Source: Epiperipatus broadwayi (Eukaryota > Animalia > Onychophora). Taken from it: DNA of 64,000 bases. Positions 25,100 to 39,285 of the stretch are shown here, one piece after another. Numbering within the stretch: position 1 is the first letter of the stretch; every line of letters starts with the position of its first letter. Under the pieces are notes generated by a model. It did not search any database. It was not told where the DNA came from and worked only from the letters and a program-made list of their open reading frames with translations. The DNA is taken from positions 62,001-126,000 of the forward strand of contig JAQFVV010000005.1 in the NCBI GenBank assembly GCA_028023455.1. The letters run 5' to 3'. A program made the position numbers and the translations under genes.

Positions 25100-26340
25100 A
25101 ATGACATAGACAAAGATAAAACATAAAAGATGATGACATAATATCAAGTATATTGCTAAGCTACCAACTTGAAAACGAAAAGATAATTCCAATAAATAAT
25201 TATCTTAATAATATTATGTTGATGAACATTACACAACAATAAACAAATACTACAAGAACAGGAAATGATAGCTATTGCATGGTCCTACCATGATTAAAAC
25301 AAAACAAAGGTCATATATATCACTTTCATTTTTATAATTGCAAAGACTTGCATGAGAAAGTCAACATCTTGATAGCCATATTTTTAGAACTAAACAAGAT
25401 GGATGTATATGTTTGATTCTAGAATGAATTTCAATCACACAAGATTAAAAGGAATTTGTTTTATCCACCAATATAAATTAAAATGTAAATATGCCTAAGT
25501 TATAAAAGTAAACAGTGATTTAAACTGATTGTAAAGAATTCCAAGTTTGAATAAAATTCATCATGTGAAAAGAAATAATCAACAGCTAGCAATCATCAAC
25601 CTTATAAAAATTACATGGTCTTACTAAAGGAACTATGTTGTAGGAGGTCAGACACCAGCTCTTCATGCCCATAGAAGCATTATGATATATATGGAATACC
25701 TATTTTATTAAATACTGGTCAAGAATGATGATCTTCAGTGGATCTTCCAAGGAAACAACTGGACAGTGCTGATGATTTACAATCCTGGAATGAGTGCATG
25801 TCTACTAAACCTATGAACAGTACACCACCCAAGGAGATCTACCATCAGGAATAAGAGACTGAACATAACAGACTGTGCTTTCCAGACTCGGGAATTAATT
25901 TTATTAATCCAATTGATTTGTATTTTTTTTATAAATTGTTATTTATCATCTTACTTTCCTTTTTTTTTCTTTTGTTTTCATGTTTGGAAGCTTATGCTTT
26001 GTAAAATGGAAGAGTTTATTTTAAGCATAAAGGGGAAAATTAGATTGAATAAATGTTTTATGGTATTAAATAAAATTTAGGTTTATTTATGCCTCCAGTA
26101 GCTTGACACCACTATCCTGAATGTGGAATATAAGATTTTGATGATGTTCCACATTAAGAGCATACTATAGTGACAGAGTAGAGTTTTCGTTATTTGTTAA
26201 ATGTTTTACTAATATTTGTTATATATTTGTTTTTTTATGTATCTGACTAACTTTCTTGTGTGGATGATCTTTCCTATCAACATTAAGAAATTACACAAAG
26301 GTATAGGAGGGTCCTCTCCTCCAAAGAAGGATTACCATAA
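25100..26340 (-). mobile_element. Possible RNase H-containing LINE remnant (I-group-like)
   Basis: Frameshifted Y.DG.S.LGGV-like segment near 25810-25850 and further RNase H-like residues; weak. Confidence 0.35.
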
Positions 26341-26728
26341 TCATCATGAATCAAACAAGTGTTACTTTATGATGCAACTGTAAATAAAGTAATTAGTAAG
26401 TCAGATTTGCGATCTTCTGAAATATTTTTTTTAAATATTATTTTAAATTTTGTAAATAAAGATTGCCAGGATATGGACTTTTATCATGGGATTTGGGATT
26501 AGGGTACCCATTATATTTAGCTCTTAAGTGATAGAAAGCCATCACTGAGTCATACAATTATATATGTTAATATAGTCAAATTAGATTTATCTAAGAAATG
26601 TTATTAAATTATTTCAATCAATGTGGTCTCTGTCTTGTTATTATTATGCATTCATACCACTAAAAATACATGCTAAACAATAATATCCACATATCTCTTC
26701 TTATATATATATATATATATATATACAC

Positions 26729-27071
26729 TGATATTAATATTCTGGGAGAATGTGTTAATTGATCCTCACTTATATAGAAGTGCAGTAGTTGTTAACCTGA
26801 GTAAGCCCATCTCTGAAGAGAGCTGATTGTGAATTCTCCTTGAATTTGAATACTAAGGTATAAAGGAGCCAGAAAGGGGTGATATGTGCACAAACTAGTC
26901 CAAATTACATCTAGGTTTAATGAGTAAACATTGAGCTAACTCATTGAAGATAGATGTGATCATAAACTAAGCATTTTGTCACAACATCACCACCATTTTA
27001 CCTGAAGACCCGAAGTCCGATTGTAGTTAGATGCACTCCCTCTTTCTTATGACAATTACCAACCTGTTACA
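26729..27071. mobile_element. Possible solo LTR within a (TA)n microsatellite
   Basis: TG...CA-bounded 343-bp GC-richer block flanked on both sides by (TA)n; TSD not resolvable. Confidence 0.35.
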
Positions 27072-27137
27072 ATATATATATATATATATATATTAAAAGC
27101 ATAAAGCTAAACTAGTCAATAAATAATCAAGATTATA

Positions 27138-27487
27138 CCAAATTCACAACTCAATCAGACTAGCCAAGAAAATAAACTCTAAAACCATACCAATGGTTTC
27201 ACTGCTACAAGCAGACTTCTCAACTGTAAAGTACTACAAAATAACATATTTAAACTAAACATTACCCACAACTCCACTTACTTCCCATACACCCTTAATT
27301 AACTTATTTAAAAGTTCTTTTAATATTAAGGGTGCATGGGAAATAAGTGGAATTGTGTGTAAGGTTCAGTTTAGATATGTTATTTTGTAGTTCTTTACAT
27401 TTGAGAAGTCTGCTTATAGCAGTGAAATCATTAATAGTGTTTTAGAGTTTATTTTCTTGGGGTAGTCTGATTGAGTTGTGAATTTGG
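27138..27487. repeat. Long imperfect inverted repeat (fold-back element E)
   Basis: 27138-27298 is the reverse complement of 27325-27487. Confidence 0.9.
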
Positions 27488-29197
27488 GGTAGTTTATATG
27501 TACTGTAAAATTAATTATGCTGCCTAAAATTTAGCACCTTCTTATGCCTAAAATTCAATGATTTTTATCATATGAAGAAAATTATCAGGGATCCTTTAAA
27601 TCATCAAAATGTATTATATTAGCATGAATTTAAATCATCCTAGTAATTTTTTTAAATTCTAACACACATTTAAAAATAATAAGCAATATTCTAATTAAAT
27701 AAATGAATGCATTCAAAAATAAAAAAAAACATTGTTTAATAAAAGTCTATAAATTAATCAATATAATACCATGTTTTTTTTCAGTCTTATGACTCTATTT
27801 AATTTGTGATTTTGATTTCTTTAAGGATGTTAATGCCACTTTTTAAAAAAGACTTACTGTGGTCAATCTTAAAAATAGATTATCTTTAATCACTAAATCT
27901 TCTATAATATCATAAGAGATAAATAGCAAAAGAAAGCATTAATGCAAACTTTTTAAAATGTCTACTAGAGTTGATCTTTTAAAAAGATTATCTTTAATTG
28001 TCAAATTTTCCAAAATATGCCCAAGAAAAAAGACACATTTTAAAATAAACTGTATTTATGTTTTAAACATAAAAGTGAAGGGATAAGAGATAATAAGTAA
28101 TGACTGTTTTTTATTATTTTGCAGTAAAGATAATTTATTGATTAAAAATAAACACTTGTTTTTAAAAGTTTTATATTGATAAAAATAAATATTTTTAATC
28201 AGAAGGTAATCAGCTTTCAATGTGCGTTTTTATTCATGTTACTATCTCACTGATGGCAATCTCAAACCAAATGCAAGATAGAGACCTTTTAGAAAATAAG
28301 CATAGCTTAATGGCTGATTATTACTATTACAGTTTATAAAACATAGCAATATATAAAATAAATATCTCATTTACATAAAATACTAAATATTTGTACCAAA
28401 AAACATTAACAATAAAATCAGAAATTAAAATGATGTCGCTTCAAACTTCTTATCCAATATCACTATGGCAATGAACAGTGACTAAAACTTCCTCCCGAGT
28501 TGTTGATTCTCTTCTCCCCCTGCTAAGAAATGCACATAATTTCATGTAAAACATTTTAAGATAAAAAAATGTTCACACACAATAACTCTTTAAAACTTTT
28601 TGAGCTCATTATAATATTATCTAATTCTAGGATCTTGACATGTTAAGAATGAAATGTGTATAAAATTCTGCAACAATTTAATAATATTAAAATAGTTCAT
28701 TGAATATTAAATATTATTTTATTACCATTCTCCAATATTAAAATTTGGTATATACAAAGTCAATCTAGAATCATTTCAAACTTCAATTTCTCCTTATTTA
28801 TTTTTACTTGGCAATGTAATATCCTTGAGACACACATAGAAAAACTTATTCAAGTCTATAATAATATTATATATGTTGTTTCTGTAATTATTAGCCATTA
28901 CCAAAGATAAAAAGATTCTCATGTTAGATATTTATCTTTTTAGTATTTTTCTTATTAAAAGATAATTCTATATGCTAATATAAAAAATATATATACTTCA
29001 TTGTCATATGTCTTATCTCATATAAAAACAATAAATATTCATTATTCTAGTAAAATGTTTTTATAACTAATTCAGTATATAGTAAATATCCTCCTTTCTA
29101 AGTTGCAAATTTAATCACAATATATGTCATTTTAGTTTAAAAAAGAATTCTTTCCAAATAGATTTATACTTATCACTAAGTTACTATTTTAAAGTTC

Positions 29198-29745
29198 TAT
29201 ACATTCAAATGTCAGCCTTTTAAGCTAATTGTGCATATGCTTTGCGAGTGTTAATAATAAATGAATACTTTCTCACCAATACAAGATATAGTATTTATGC
29301 AGGAATAAAAGGAATCCTCTTATTCCTATGACTCAAATGCTTATATATGAGCAAATCTGAAGTACTGGCAAGTAAAGTGTGAGGATGGAACCATCACTTT
29401 AAATTACTATATACGATGTCTGAATGAATGATGTGGGTGAAATTGTCTAGAATGCACTAAACGTCATTCCAACTGAAACTTAATCATATGTAAATAAGCA
29501 TTTATTTTATATAGCGTATGTTTACAACTGTATACATTCTGCTCATATATAAGCATTTGAGTTGTAGGAATAAGAGGATTCCTTTTATTCCTGCATAAAT
29601 ACTATATCTTATATTGGTGAGAAAGTATTCATTTATTATTAACACTCGCAAAGCATATGCACAATTAGCTTAAAAGGCTGATATTTGAATGTATACAATT
29701 GTAAACATACGCTATATAAAATAAATGCTTATTTACATATTTTAA
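29198..29745. repeat. Nested inverted-repeat element (family C)
   Basis: 29198-29355 is inverse to 29545-29697; 29490-29540 is inverse to 29690-29742; each main arm contains a GGAATAA..GG AAT CC..TTATTCC hairpin. Confidence 0.9.
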
Positions 29746-32700
29746 AGTTCTATAAATTAATTTTATAAACTGATAACAACTATATCTCTGTATTAAATAA
29801 AAGTTCCTCTGAATAAACAACTTAATGAAATTAATTAATTTTGCAGATAACAATATTTTCTTACCTGACAATAGCTGCAATTTCCAGGTAATTGTGGTTT
29901 TAATGCTTTTCCATTGATTTCACTAATGATAATAAACTTAACTGTTCCTTTTTAATTCCACTAGTTGTCATTATTAATATCCACAACTATTATTAGGTCA
30001 TTTATGAAGAAACTTTGGTTTATTTACTTCATTGTTTTTTATATACCACTCTTAAAATATTGTATCACTATTCAGCTTATTCTTAATTATTTTACTTACT
30101 TAAAAAAATACAGTAAATTTTTTTATAACTTTTAAAGAATTTAGTGAAACAGATGTTCACTCTTACTTTTAATCATTTTTTTAAAGTTTGTCTAGTATTA
30201 CCTTTTATACTATAGATAATATGATGTCAGACCACTAATTTAATTAATTTCATTGGTCAGCGACTAAAAATTAACCAGCAATTTATTGCATAAATTATTT
30301 TTTTATCTACATTTTTGTTAAAAATAATTAATATCAATAAATATTTAAAAACTTATTAAATTAAATAACTTCTAAACTTAAATTTAAAATCTAATTATAA
30401 TTTTATAGATTTATAATACTAATCTATTTTTAATTAAGATATTTAATTAATATTTACATCTAAAATATAATAATATTATTATCTTAAATAAAAATAAATT
30501 ATCCTAATATAAAGAGATAAAATATTTTTTATTCTTACTTCATAGAACTCTACGCTCATATTCACATACAAACCTTTTTAAAGGAACACTGTCATTTAAT
30601 TAAATTGCGATTTGATTTATTACCATTGTAACTTTCAAAAAATATTATAAATTTATATAGGTACAATGTAAATATGCTGAATTTATTAGAGACTATTATA
30701 ATTAAACTATATGTGACTATTGATAATATAAATAATTATAAATAAAAGGGGTTTATTAATTATCTCCACAGAATTCTATATTTATACCTTATAAATTAAG
30801 CTATTTATACATGCTATATATTAAATATTAATATTAAGATAATTAGGTGTTTCGTAAAATAAAAATTTTGACTATGATGTCTGTTTTACATCCTTCTTAG
30901 ATACAGTTAACCAATCGAAAAATTACAATATATATACTTAATTGTAGTAGTTTTATTAAATGGGTTTTGATTTACAGATAAAATATTTTAATTTTAAAAA
31001 CAATTTTAGATCAAAATAGATCAGATCTTTTAACATCAACCATTAAAGATCTTCAAAATATATTTGTATTATTTGGATTTGTACTTGAATCATATATAGT
31101 GTAGTCAGTAAAAGCAAACAAGCAAAACAAAAACACAAATAAAATAATTAAATTGTAGTTATTTGTTTTTAAAAAGTTATTTATTTCTTTGAATTAATTT
31201 AATTTTTTTTAAAAATGGTTATAAATAAAGTTAAATGGAATTTTTTAAAAAAGAGATAAATTTTATAAAAACAATTTATCTTTTATGCAAAAAGAAAACA
31301 CTTGTATTTCAAGATTTGAATACAATTATAATTTGTTATTGTTTTATTTCTGTCATGTCATAGAAAATACAAAAAAAAAAAAAAGAAATATGTGAGAAAA
31401 AAGGATGTTTTAATATGTATAAAATAATTAATGTAATGCATATTTTTTGACAGGTAACTATGAAGAAAGTATAAGTTACACTTCTCATCTGACATTGAAA
31501 CATTTTAAAGCTTTCAACTCAAAACAACTGTAAATAAAATTACCTGTTCATTAAAAATGCCATGGGTTTTGTAAGATTTGTGTTTTAATTACATAATAAG
31601 ATTTGTGTTTTATATTAACAACTTTGATTTTTCAGATAACAAATATTTTCATAGTGAAATACACTAGTCACTTATTATATGAACTTAATACATGCAATTT
31701 ATAATTTTCAAATATAAGCCTACAAATTTGAATGTTCTGCAGTCTTTTTCCAACCTGGAAATAAATATATAAAATATCAATTTCTTTATATATATATACA
31801 TTAAAATTTTCTGTATACTGGAACCATGATCTATGCTATATTTTTTTCAAAGTCCCCTCATGTTATATATATATAACACATCACTTTTTATTGATAAACA
31901 TTGATTAGAATATAATATGTGTATTGTTTTATGAACTGCAAACGCAGAGCAATACTTTTTAGCACACACACAAATGCTTTTTTTTATATGCATGTACAAA
32001 CAAAATGTAAAAAAAGGAATAATGTAATTATTATTAAAAAATTGTGGAAAACACATTTACATATATTTTGCTAAGTGTGTGTTCACACATGCATTCACTG
32101 AAGCAAAAATTAAAAAAAAAAACTATTGTATTTTTATTTTAAAAATAAAGTAAATTGGACGATTTTTTTAAATAACTTTTTTCTCTTATTAGAAACATAA
32201 TAGATTATACTAAAAAGAAATTATGATTTTTTTAATATCAATATTATTAAGTATATATTAAAATTTTATAAAATTTCTGCCATTAATCCTAGACAATAAT
32301 TTATTATGTGAAAATTGGATATCAAATTCAGGAAGGTTAATATAAAAAGAAAATGTATGTGTTATCATCTTAAACTGAAGAAATTTTATTGATATATATA
32401 TAATTGTGCATATTGCTCAAAGATAAAAGAAGGCTTCTCTAATGTAAAATTTGTGAATTTTAATAGCTTTTTTTGTTTCTTATTTACATTTTTGTTTGTT
32501 TGTCCACATTTTCTTTGGGTAACATATAATTTTAAGTCACATAGTTATATCTACAGTTTAATTTGCAGTTCTACTATAAATATTAAAAGAAATCATATTT
32601 TACTGCTTTACTTTGAATAGTGAATTCAATTAATTCTATAAATCAAAAATCATTAATAAAAAATAAATTATAGTATTTCTTATGGAAAAAGTTAAACTTA

Positions 32701-32807
32701 CTACTTTAGATTCAAAATACATAACAAATGTTAAAAAATCCAATTAAAAAAAAAGAAACTTAAAATTAAAAAGAAAGCGATGGTTAATGAATAAACATTT
32801 TAACTAA

Positions 32808-33095
32808 CATGTAGCATGACATACTTAGTTAGAGTATTGCTTTAAAATTCAATAATCAAGAATCTAAAGGTCCAGGTTTGATTCCCATGCTAGTACTATG
32901 ACTGGTCAAGCTATTAACACCCGAAGAAGTAAGAAGACTAATACCATTCAAAACATTGTGTTTATATGAACCTCTGTGCTATTACTAACAGCTGAATATA
33001 ATTGGAAAACTTAAATAGTTAAATTTTTCTAAAGACATTCAATATTTAATATTAAATGATGGAAATAGTCTAATGTATAAATACAAGAAAAGTAC
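32808..33095 (+). mobile_element. Family D SINE: tRNA-like head plus degenerate hammerhead
   Basis: ttagttagag ... ggtttgattccc boxes, then AACAC-CCGAAGA-A-...-C-AAAA-CATT-GTGTT; homologous to 35655-35945 and 36178-36430. Confidence 0.75.
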
Positions 33096-33174
33096 TAACC
33101 TGTATTAAATATAGTATGTAATAAGTATATATTAGTTGCCATAATTTGTTTAAATTATAATTTTACTGTCAAAT

Positions 33175-33760
33175 CATCATCATCATTAACCATTATCAAT
33201 CCACTGCAAGATGAAGATCTCTCCAAGTTCAATCCATCATCTCTGATCTTTAGTATCACTTCCCACATCAGCTCTGCATACTTTCTTATTTCATTGATCC
33301 ATCTCATATGTTGTCTCTTTCCGGATCTTTTACAATCTCTTGGAATCCAATTTCAATTGTCCATCTATTATCATCTCTTTTAGCAATATGTCCAGCCCAA
33401 CTCTACTTTAATCTTTTAATTTTTTTAATGTCAGTAACACGTGTTTGTTCTCTTACCCATATATTGCATTTTTGATCTCTTCTTGTTACTCCTAACATGG
33501 ATATCTCCATACTTCTTTGAGTGGTCTAAAGTCTGTGTATTGCTCTTCTATTAAATGTCCAAGTCTCAGATCCATAAGTAAGAACTGGTAAAACACATTT
33601 ATTAAAAACCTTCCTTTTCAAACACATAGGAATATTTTCTTTTAGTATCAAGTTACTTCTACCAAAAGCACTCCAATCAAGTTTAATTCTATGATTAATT
33701 TCATCCATTATGTTTCTATCTATATTAATAATCTGACCAAGGTAACATTACTTTAGTCTT
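33175..33760 (-). mobile_element. RTE-clade LINE 3' fragment
   Basis: ORF DEINHRIKLDWSAFG...CLKRKVFNKCVLPVLTYGSETWT and an RTE 3' UTR ending in (GAT)n. Confidence 0.9.
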
Positions 33761-35379
33761 TTTAACATTTATCTTTAGACCTATTTTCATCTGATAACTC
33801 TTGCAAATAGTAAATTTAATACTAAATTTAATATATCAGATAAACTTTGATATTCCATTAATTATGATTTGTTGAATTAAAATGAAGCATATACAAAAAA
33901 ATTGTCACATTATGTATTTAAAATTTACATTTGCTATATTTTATATTCTATTATCAATGCTTTTGTTTCTTTTTTAATTACTTAATCAATAAAATTTAGA
34001 TTTTTTTTTGCAGTAAATTACAAACGATAATAGGAGAATATTGAATCAAAAATTATCTAAGTAAATTATATTTTCAGCTTATTATAATTCGTAATTTATT
34101 ATTATATAACATCTAAGAGTTTTTAATTACATAATAAATAATTCTTGTAAAGTCCATTTTTGGGGAGGTGAAATTCATTATTTTTTATTGAAAAAATATT
34201 TTGATATTATGAAGTCAAAGTTTTCCAAAATGGCAAACATTTTTTAAAACAAAAGTTTTTTTTTTTTTTAAAGATTGTTTTTGTAAATAATTATTGTTTA
34301 TTATTATTATGTTATGTCATATAAAGGTTTTACACATGCGGGGATCTAGAAATTTATTAATTATCTAGATTAATTTTTACAATTCAGTCAGTTTAAATTT
34401 TACATATATTTTATCTTTCAAAGTTATAACTAAAAGTAATTTTATTTATATATTTTTTAATTTAAAAAAATTGCTATTCAAATTTTTATATTTATCTAAA
34501 TTCTTTTGTAATCAGTGCCTTCTTAATATTTTTTTCTGTTTTATTATTAGTGTAATATGATATTTTTATCTTCAAATTTATATGTCCTGGATATTTATTA
34601 TCGATAAATATAAACAAGGAAATAAAATCTATATGCTTAATGTTTTTTTGGTTGTAATACATCATTACAAATAATTTAAAATAAACATGTAGATTTTATT
34701 CTAAATGTCTATATTTATTTGTCTTATATAATTATTTTTACATACATATATATTATATATGAAAAAAAATCTACAGGTTTAGATTCTATACTTATTAAAA
34801 ATAAATATTTAATACTTTTACAAAAAAGGAACTCATAAATAAGTAAATTCTTAAGAGTTTATTTTATCATAAAGAGATAATTATTTTTTTTCACTTAATA
34901 TGCTGGCATCTATAAATAATAATCACAATGAAAATATTAACTACAAAATTATTTCCCACCTATTATTTAAAGAATTAAATTTTTATTGAAAGTTTTTAAG
35001 GAAATAAATTTTTGGTTATTAAGATACCATATTGAAAATTGCAGTGTCAATGGGAGCCCCCACATTCCTACAACTTGAAGATAAATAAATTATAAGAATA
35101 TATATTTATATACAAATTATATCATCTAATTTAATTTTATTAATTTTTTTTATCTTACATTACATTTAGCAAAAAATGTTAAAAATGTGTATTTTATTAT
35201 TTTGTTTATATTTATTCATCATAAAGAAACAAGATGTAAACTCAAAGACAAAAATATAAAATTTATATTGTTTTTTATGAATAAATATAAACAGAAGTAT
35301 AAAATCCACATGTTTAATAAAGATAGAAGCATAACTGAAAAAAATCAGTCATAGAATTGAACTTGGATGGAGTGTTTTT

Positions 35380-35640
35380 AGTAGAAAGATTTTTAAAAGA
35401 AGTGTTTTATTAATTCTTACTGGATCTAATATTTGGACACTTAACAGAAGAGTAATACAGAGATATCAAACCACTAAAAACAAATTTTGGAGTGTTGTAT
35501 ATTGGAAGTAATAAAAAGAGTTTGAAACAAAATTCATGAGTGAAAGCTCAAACAAATAACAGTGAATTCATTGCAACAATTAAGAATCTGAAATTGAACT
35601 GGGCCAGATATACTAAAAGCAATAATAATAAGTAGATAGT
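35380..35640 (+). mobile_element. RTE-clade LINE fragment
   Basis: Decayed similarity to 33420-33700 and 14780-15060 (ggatctaatatttggacacttaac, ttgaactgggcc). Confidence 0.6.
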
Positions 35641-35654
35641 TAATGTTTCAAACT

Positions 35655-35945
35655 GGTCTCAAAGTTGTATTTATATGTTGGACTATTTTCATCATCTAAT
35701 ATAGTATTAAATGTCTTTAGAAAAATTTAACTTTATTTAAATATTTCAAATACATTCAATTGTTAGTAATAGCACATCAAACTGGTTAGTATATGCACAA
35801 TGTTTTGAGAGTTATTATTCATCTTCTTTAGGTGTTGCTGGCCTGACCAGTGACAGTACTAGCATGGAAATTGAACTTAGACTCTTATATTCTTGAGCAT
35901 TGAATTTTAAAGTAATGTGATAACCAACTGAGCCATTCTGCCAAA
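35655..35945 (-). mobile_element. Family D SINE (antisense copy)
   Basis: Reverse complement of 36178-36430 with scattered substitutions. Confidence 0.8.
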
Positions 35946-36177
35946 GGCAATAATAATCAGTAGAAATTTCATATACTTATCTATAAGTTTCCTTTTGATT
36001 TCTCCACTTTTTCCTAAAAGCAAAGTTGATTAGTGGTTTCCATACATTATGTATAGACACACTAGGTTGATTTATGAGATTTTTTGCCATTGTCATGTGA
36101 GCAGTTTTTTTAATTTTCTTTTTTGTACTTTTTCTTCTCCGTTCAATATTTTTGTATTTTCCCAATTGAACATATGT

Positions 36178-36430
36178 TCATTGGCACAGTTGGTTAGAGT
36201 GTTACCTTAAAATTCAATATTGATTCCCATGCTAGTACTGTCACTGATAAGGTCAGCAATATCTGAAGAAGAGGGGAGAATAATACCTCTCAAAACATTG
36301 TGCACATACTAACCTGTGTGCTATTACTAACAGTTGAAGGTACTTGGAATATTTAAATAAAGTTAAATTTTTCTTAAGACATTTAATACTCATATTAGAT
36401 GATGGAAATAGTCCAATATATAAATACAAC
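36178..36430 (+). mobile_element. Family D SINE with the best-preserved hammerhead
   Basis: CTGAAGA(36263-36269)-A-GAGGGG AGAATAATA CCTCTC-AAAA-CATT-GTG; 6-bp stem II; CAAAACATT equals CGAAACGTT after two CpG transitions. Confidence 0.75.
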
Positions 36431-37689
36431 TAAAACACCTTCATCACAAACCTTCCAGACTCAAAGTGATTGAAAAAGACCTAGAAGGAAACCATATGGG
36501 AGATGAATAAAAAAAGGAAGTTTTTTTGGTAGGTTGAGAAGAAGCTAGGAATCAGAATTGCAGAGACCTTGATCCTGTGGTATATAGATGATGTCTGAAA
36601 ATGAAAATAATTTAAAACTGTAAAAATAAAAAAAATAAAAAATCTTTATTTAATTCTCTAATACAGATTCTTTTCTTTTTTTATTTAACACATTCAATGG
36701 GAAAAAAATTGCTTTTTTTGCAATAAGTCAAAGAAAAGTTTTAAGTAAATATTTTTTTTCACAACAATAAACAGCATTCTTTATTAAAGATTTTTCTTTT
36801 AATGGGTATACCAAGTTCTTAAAAGTTCTTTCTTTTGATTATTTTTTTATTTAAGCGTGGTTCATTTCAGAAACTATAATATTTTTTTGCTTACAATATC
36901 CACAATTTTCATATCTATGATTTCAATTATCTATTACTTTTTAAAAAATTACAATTATAAATTAATAAAAAATAATTTGTGAATAAATAACACTCTTTAA
37001 GTTTAGGGAAAAGAAGAATAGAATGATCTATTTATTCTTTAAGCCTTTGATGTTTGTAAGCCACCCTTGCTAATAAGAATGAAAATTTGGAATGAATTTA
37101 ATTTTTTTAGCGAGATGAAAATATGGCATTAATAATTACTAAACTCAAAATCAATTATCAAAGACTGAAACAGTCTCACCTTGAAACAGAGTCTCACTTT
37201 TAATAACTTTTTTAAATAATCAAATAGAAGTTAATAAGGTATTTGTGAGTTTTCAAGTAAATCAAGATGGCAGCCTGCATTTTTGATCAATTTACAGTTT
37301 TTGCTCCCTCCCCCACCCCCATGTTTACAAAAAAATGCCTGATAGAAAACATCATATTTAATAAATACATTTTGTTTTTTATTACTGTTATTTAAAAAAG
37401 AAATTGTGGAAAAATTAATTACAAATATTTATTGTTTATTTTCTTTTTTTGGTATTAACTTATTAACGAAGAGAAATGAAAAAAATTTATAAATATAATA
37501 TTTACACTTTATTTATGTCAGTGATGTGCAATCATATTGTGAACATTAACTCACATTTTGCGGGAGGGCAAGATCTCATACATTTGGAAATAATCCATTG
37601 CTCCACATTCTGTGACAGAATGTTTCCAAATTTTTATCATTATGACAATTTACCAAAAAAAAAAAAAAATTGCTGACAAAAAGAAACAT

Positions 37690-37881
37690 ATAAACAAAGG
37701 CAAAACTCTCCATACAGTAGTGCTACCCTGTGCCAAACAGAGTAATCAATGGAAGACAGAAGGTTTCCATTGATTACTCTGGTTGGCACAGGGTGGCACT
37801 ACTATATGGAGAGTACTGCCTTTGTTTACAACAATTATGTGCTAGTATAAGAGATGGTGATCATGTGATGTTTAGTGGTTT
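37690..37881. mobile_element. Short fold-back family A copy with 12-bp TSD
   Basis: TSD AAAAAGAAACAT at 37678-37689 and 37882-37893; family 3' tail intact. Confidence 0.85.
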
Positions 37882-38584
37882 AAAAAGAAACATGCTAAAT
37901 TGAACCAAAGTATGACAATGTTAAAATATCTTGTCACTTCCCACATTATAAGTAAAAAAAAATAAATTGAAATAAAGCTTCTTAATAAAATTTATCAGAA
38001 TTTGTTCCTTTTTTAAATTTAACAATTGATTTATTATTTTTTTATATTTAACTACTAATACATCTTTGGTAGATTATAGGCCATTGAAACTGTATATTTA
38101 TCAAAAATACAGGAAGCCATCTTGGTTTATTTGAAAACTATCAAGTACCATTAGTAATTGTAAATATAAAATAGCATTTGCTTAATGTATGTCTAATTAA
38201 AACAACAAACCAATAACTCCTAGGTCATTTTTAACAGAAATCAATAATAGAATGGACGCATTTGTTTTTAAGCTTTTGATATTTATAAACCCACTTTTAG
38301 CAATAATGATAGAAATTCGGAATGAACTTAATTTACTAATCCTTAAGAAAAAATATGGCATTAGTAATTATTAAACAATCCATTATACAGGGATGTAGAC
38401 AGAATCTAACTTTTAATAAAATTGTTTTAATAGTCAAATGAAATTTAACATCTGCAAACAAAGTATGGGTAATTAGGGAAGCAAACTAGTCACTCTCAAG
38501 CTATGAATAAATAGTACTCTGTATGTTTAGCATAGATCAAGAATAGAATGGACTATCTATCTTTTAAGCTTTTGATATGTATTG

Positions 38585-39285
38585 TATATACACATAATAT
38601 ATGCATAAATGTACGTCATTTACTGTAAGCTTTAATAAATAGTAATAAATATCAGATGATAGTGGTTATTAAATCCCTATCCTGTTCTACCCTATCTAAT
38701 ATCTCCAGATTATTTTTAAACTTATGATTTTCATCAATGAGGAGTTTTGGATTTGAACCAGTGCACTTGAACCTTTATCATTTAATGCAAGTGATATTTC
38801 AGTTCTAATGCAGGTGATATTTGATTATTTTATACAAATCCTGGCTATAGATGGGATAGTGGTGCCGATCATTATTAAAAGAACCAAGGGCACCATAATA
38901 TATAGAAACTGAACTGGTTTCAGATCTTTATGGCTATGCAAGCAAGTTGGCTTAGATTGAAGACATTTATATGTTGTTTTTTTTTAATTTGGGTTGATAA
39001 TTTTACTATATAATAGAGAGTTAAATGGTAGGTGATGGAAAGAGAGTGCACTAGATCTTACACATCCAGGTACATTTGTCCAAGATCCTCACTGATGAAG
39101 GCCATAAACTTGAAACTAGTCTAGGGATATAAGATAGATCAGCACAGCATAAGTATTATAAGCACTATCATCTAGTATTTATTATTACTTCCTCAACCTT
39201 CAGTAAGTGGCACTAACGTGATGAAAAATTACGCTGTTATAACAGCAAAATATATGCTAAAGTCATGTGATGAAATCGGATGACA
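38585..39285. mobile_element. Family A3: diverged family A relative (antisense arm plus a full sense unit with hammerhead)
   Basis: Unit start ATACAAATCCTG at ~38831; hammerhead TCCTCA-CTGATGA(39092-39098)-AGG CCATAAA CTT-GAAA-CTAG-TC(39121); 3' GTCATGTGATG at ~39262. Confidence 0.75.

Noticed and set aside
29849-29930. Possible exon(s): + strand AG..GT 41-mer, or - strand ..EINGKALKPQLPGNCSYCQ|gtaag
   Set aside because: Plausible on both strands, with no phase-compatible neighbours identified; insufficient support.
35977-36165. ORF superficially like the histone H2B N-tail (..KKWRNQKETYR)
   Set aside because: Lysine richness follows from A-rich sequence, there is no histone-fold continuation, and it is the spacer between two SINE copies.
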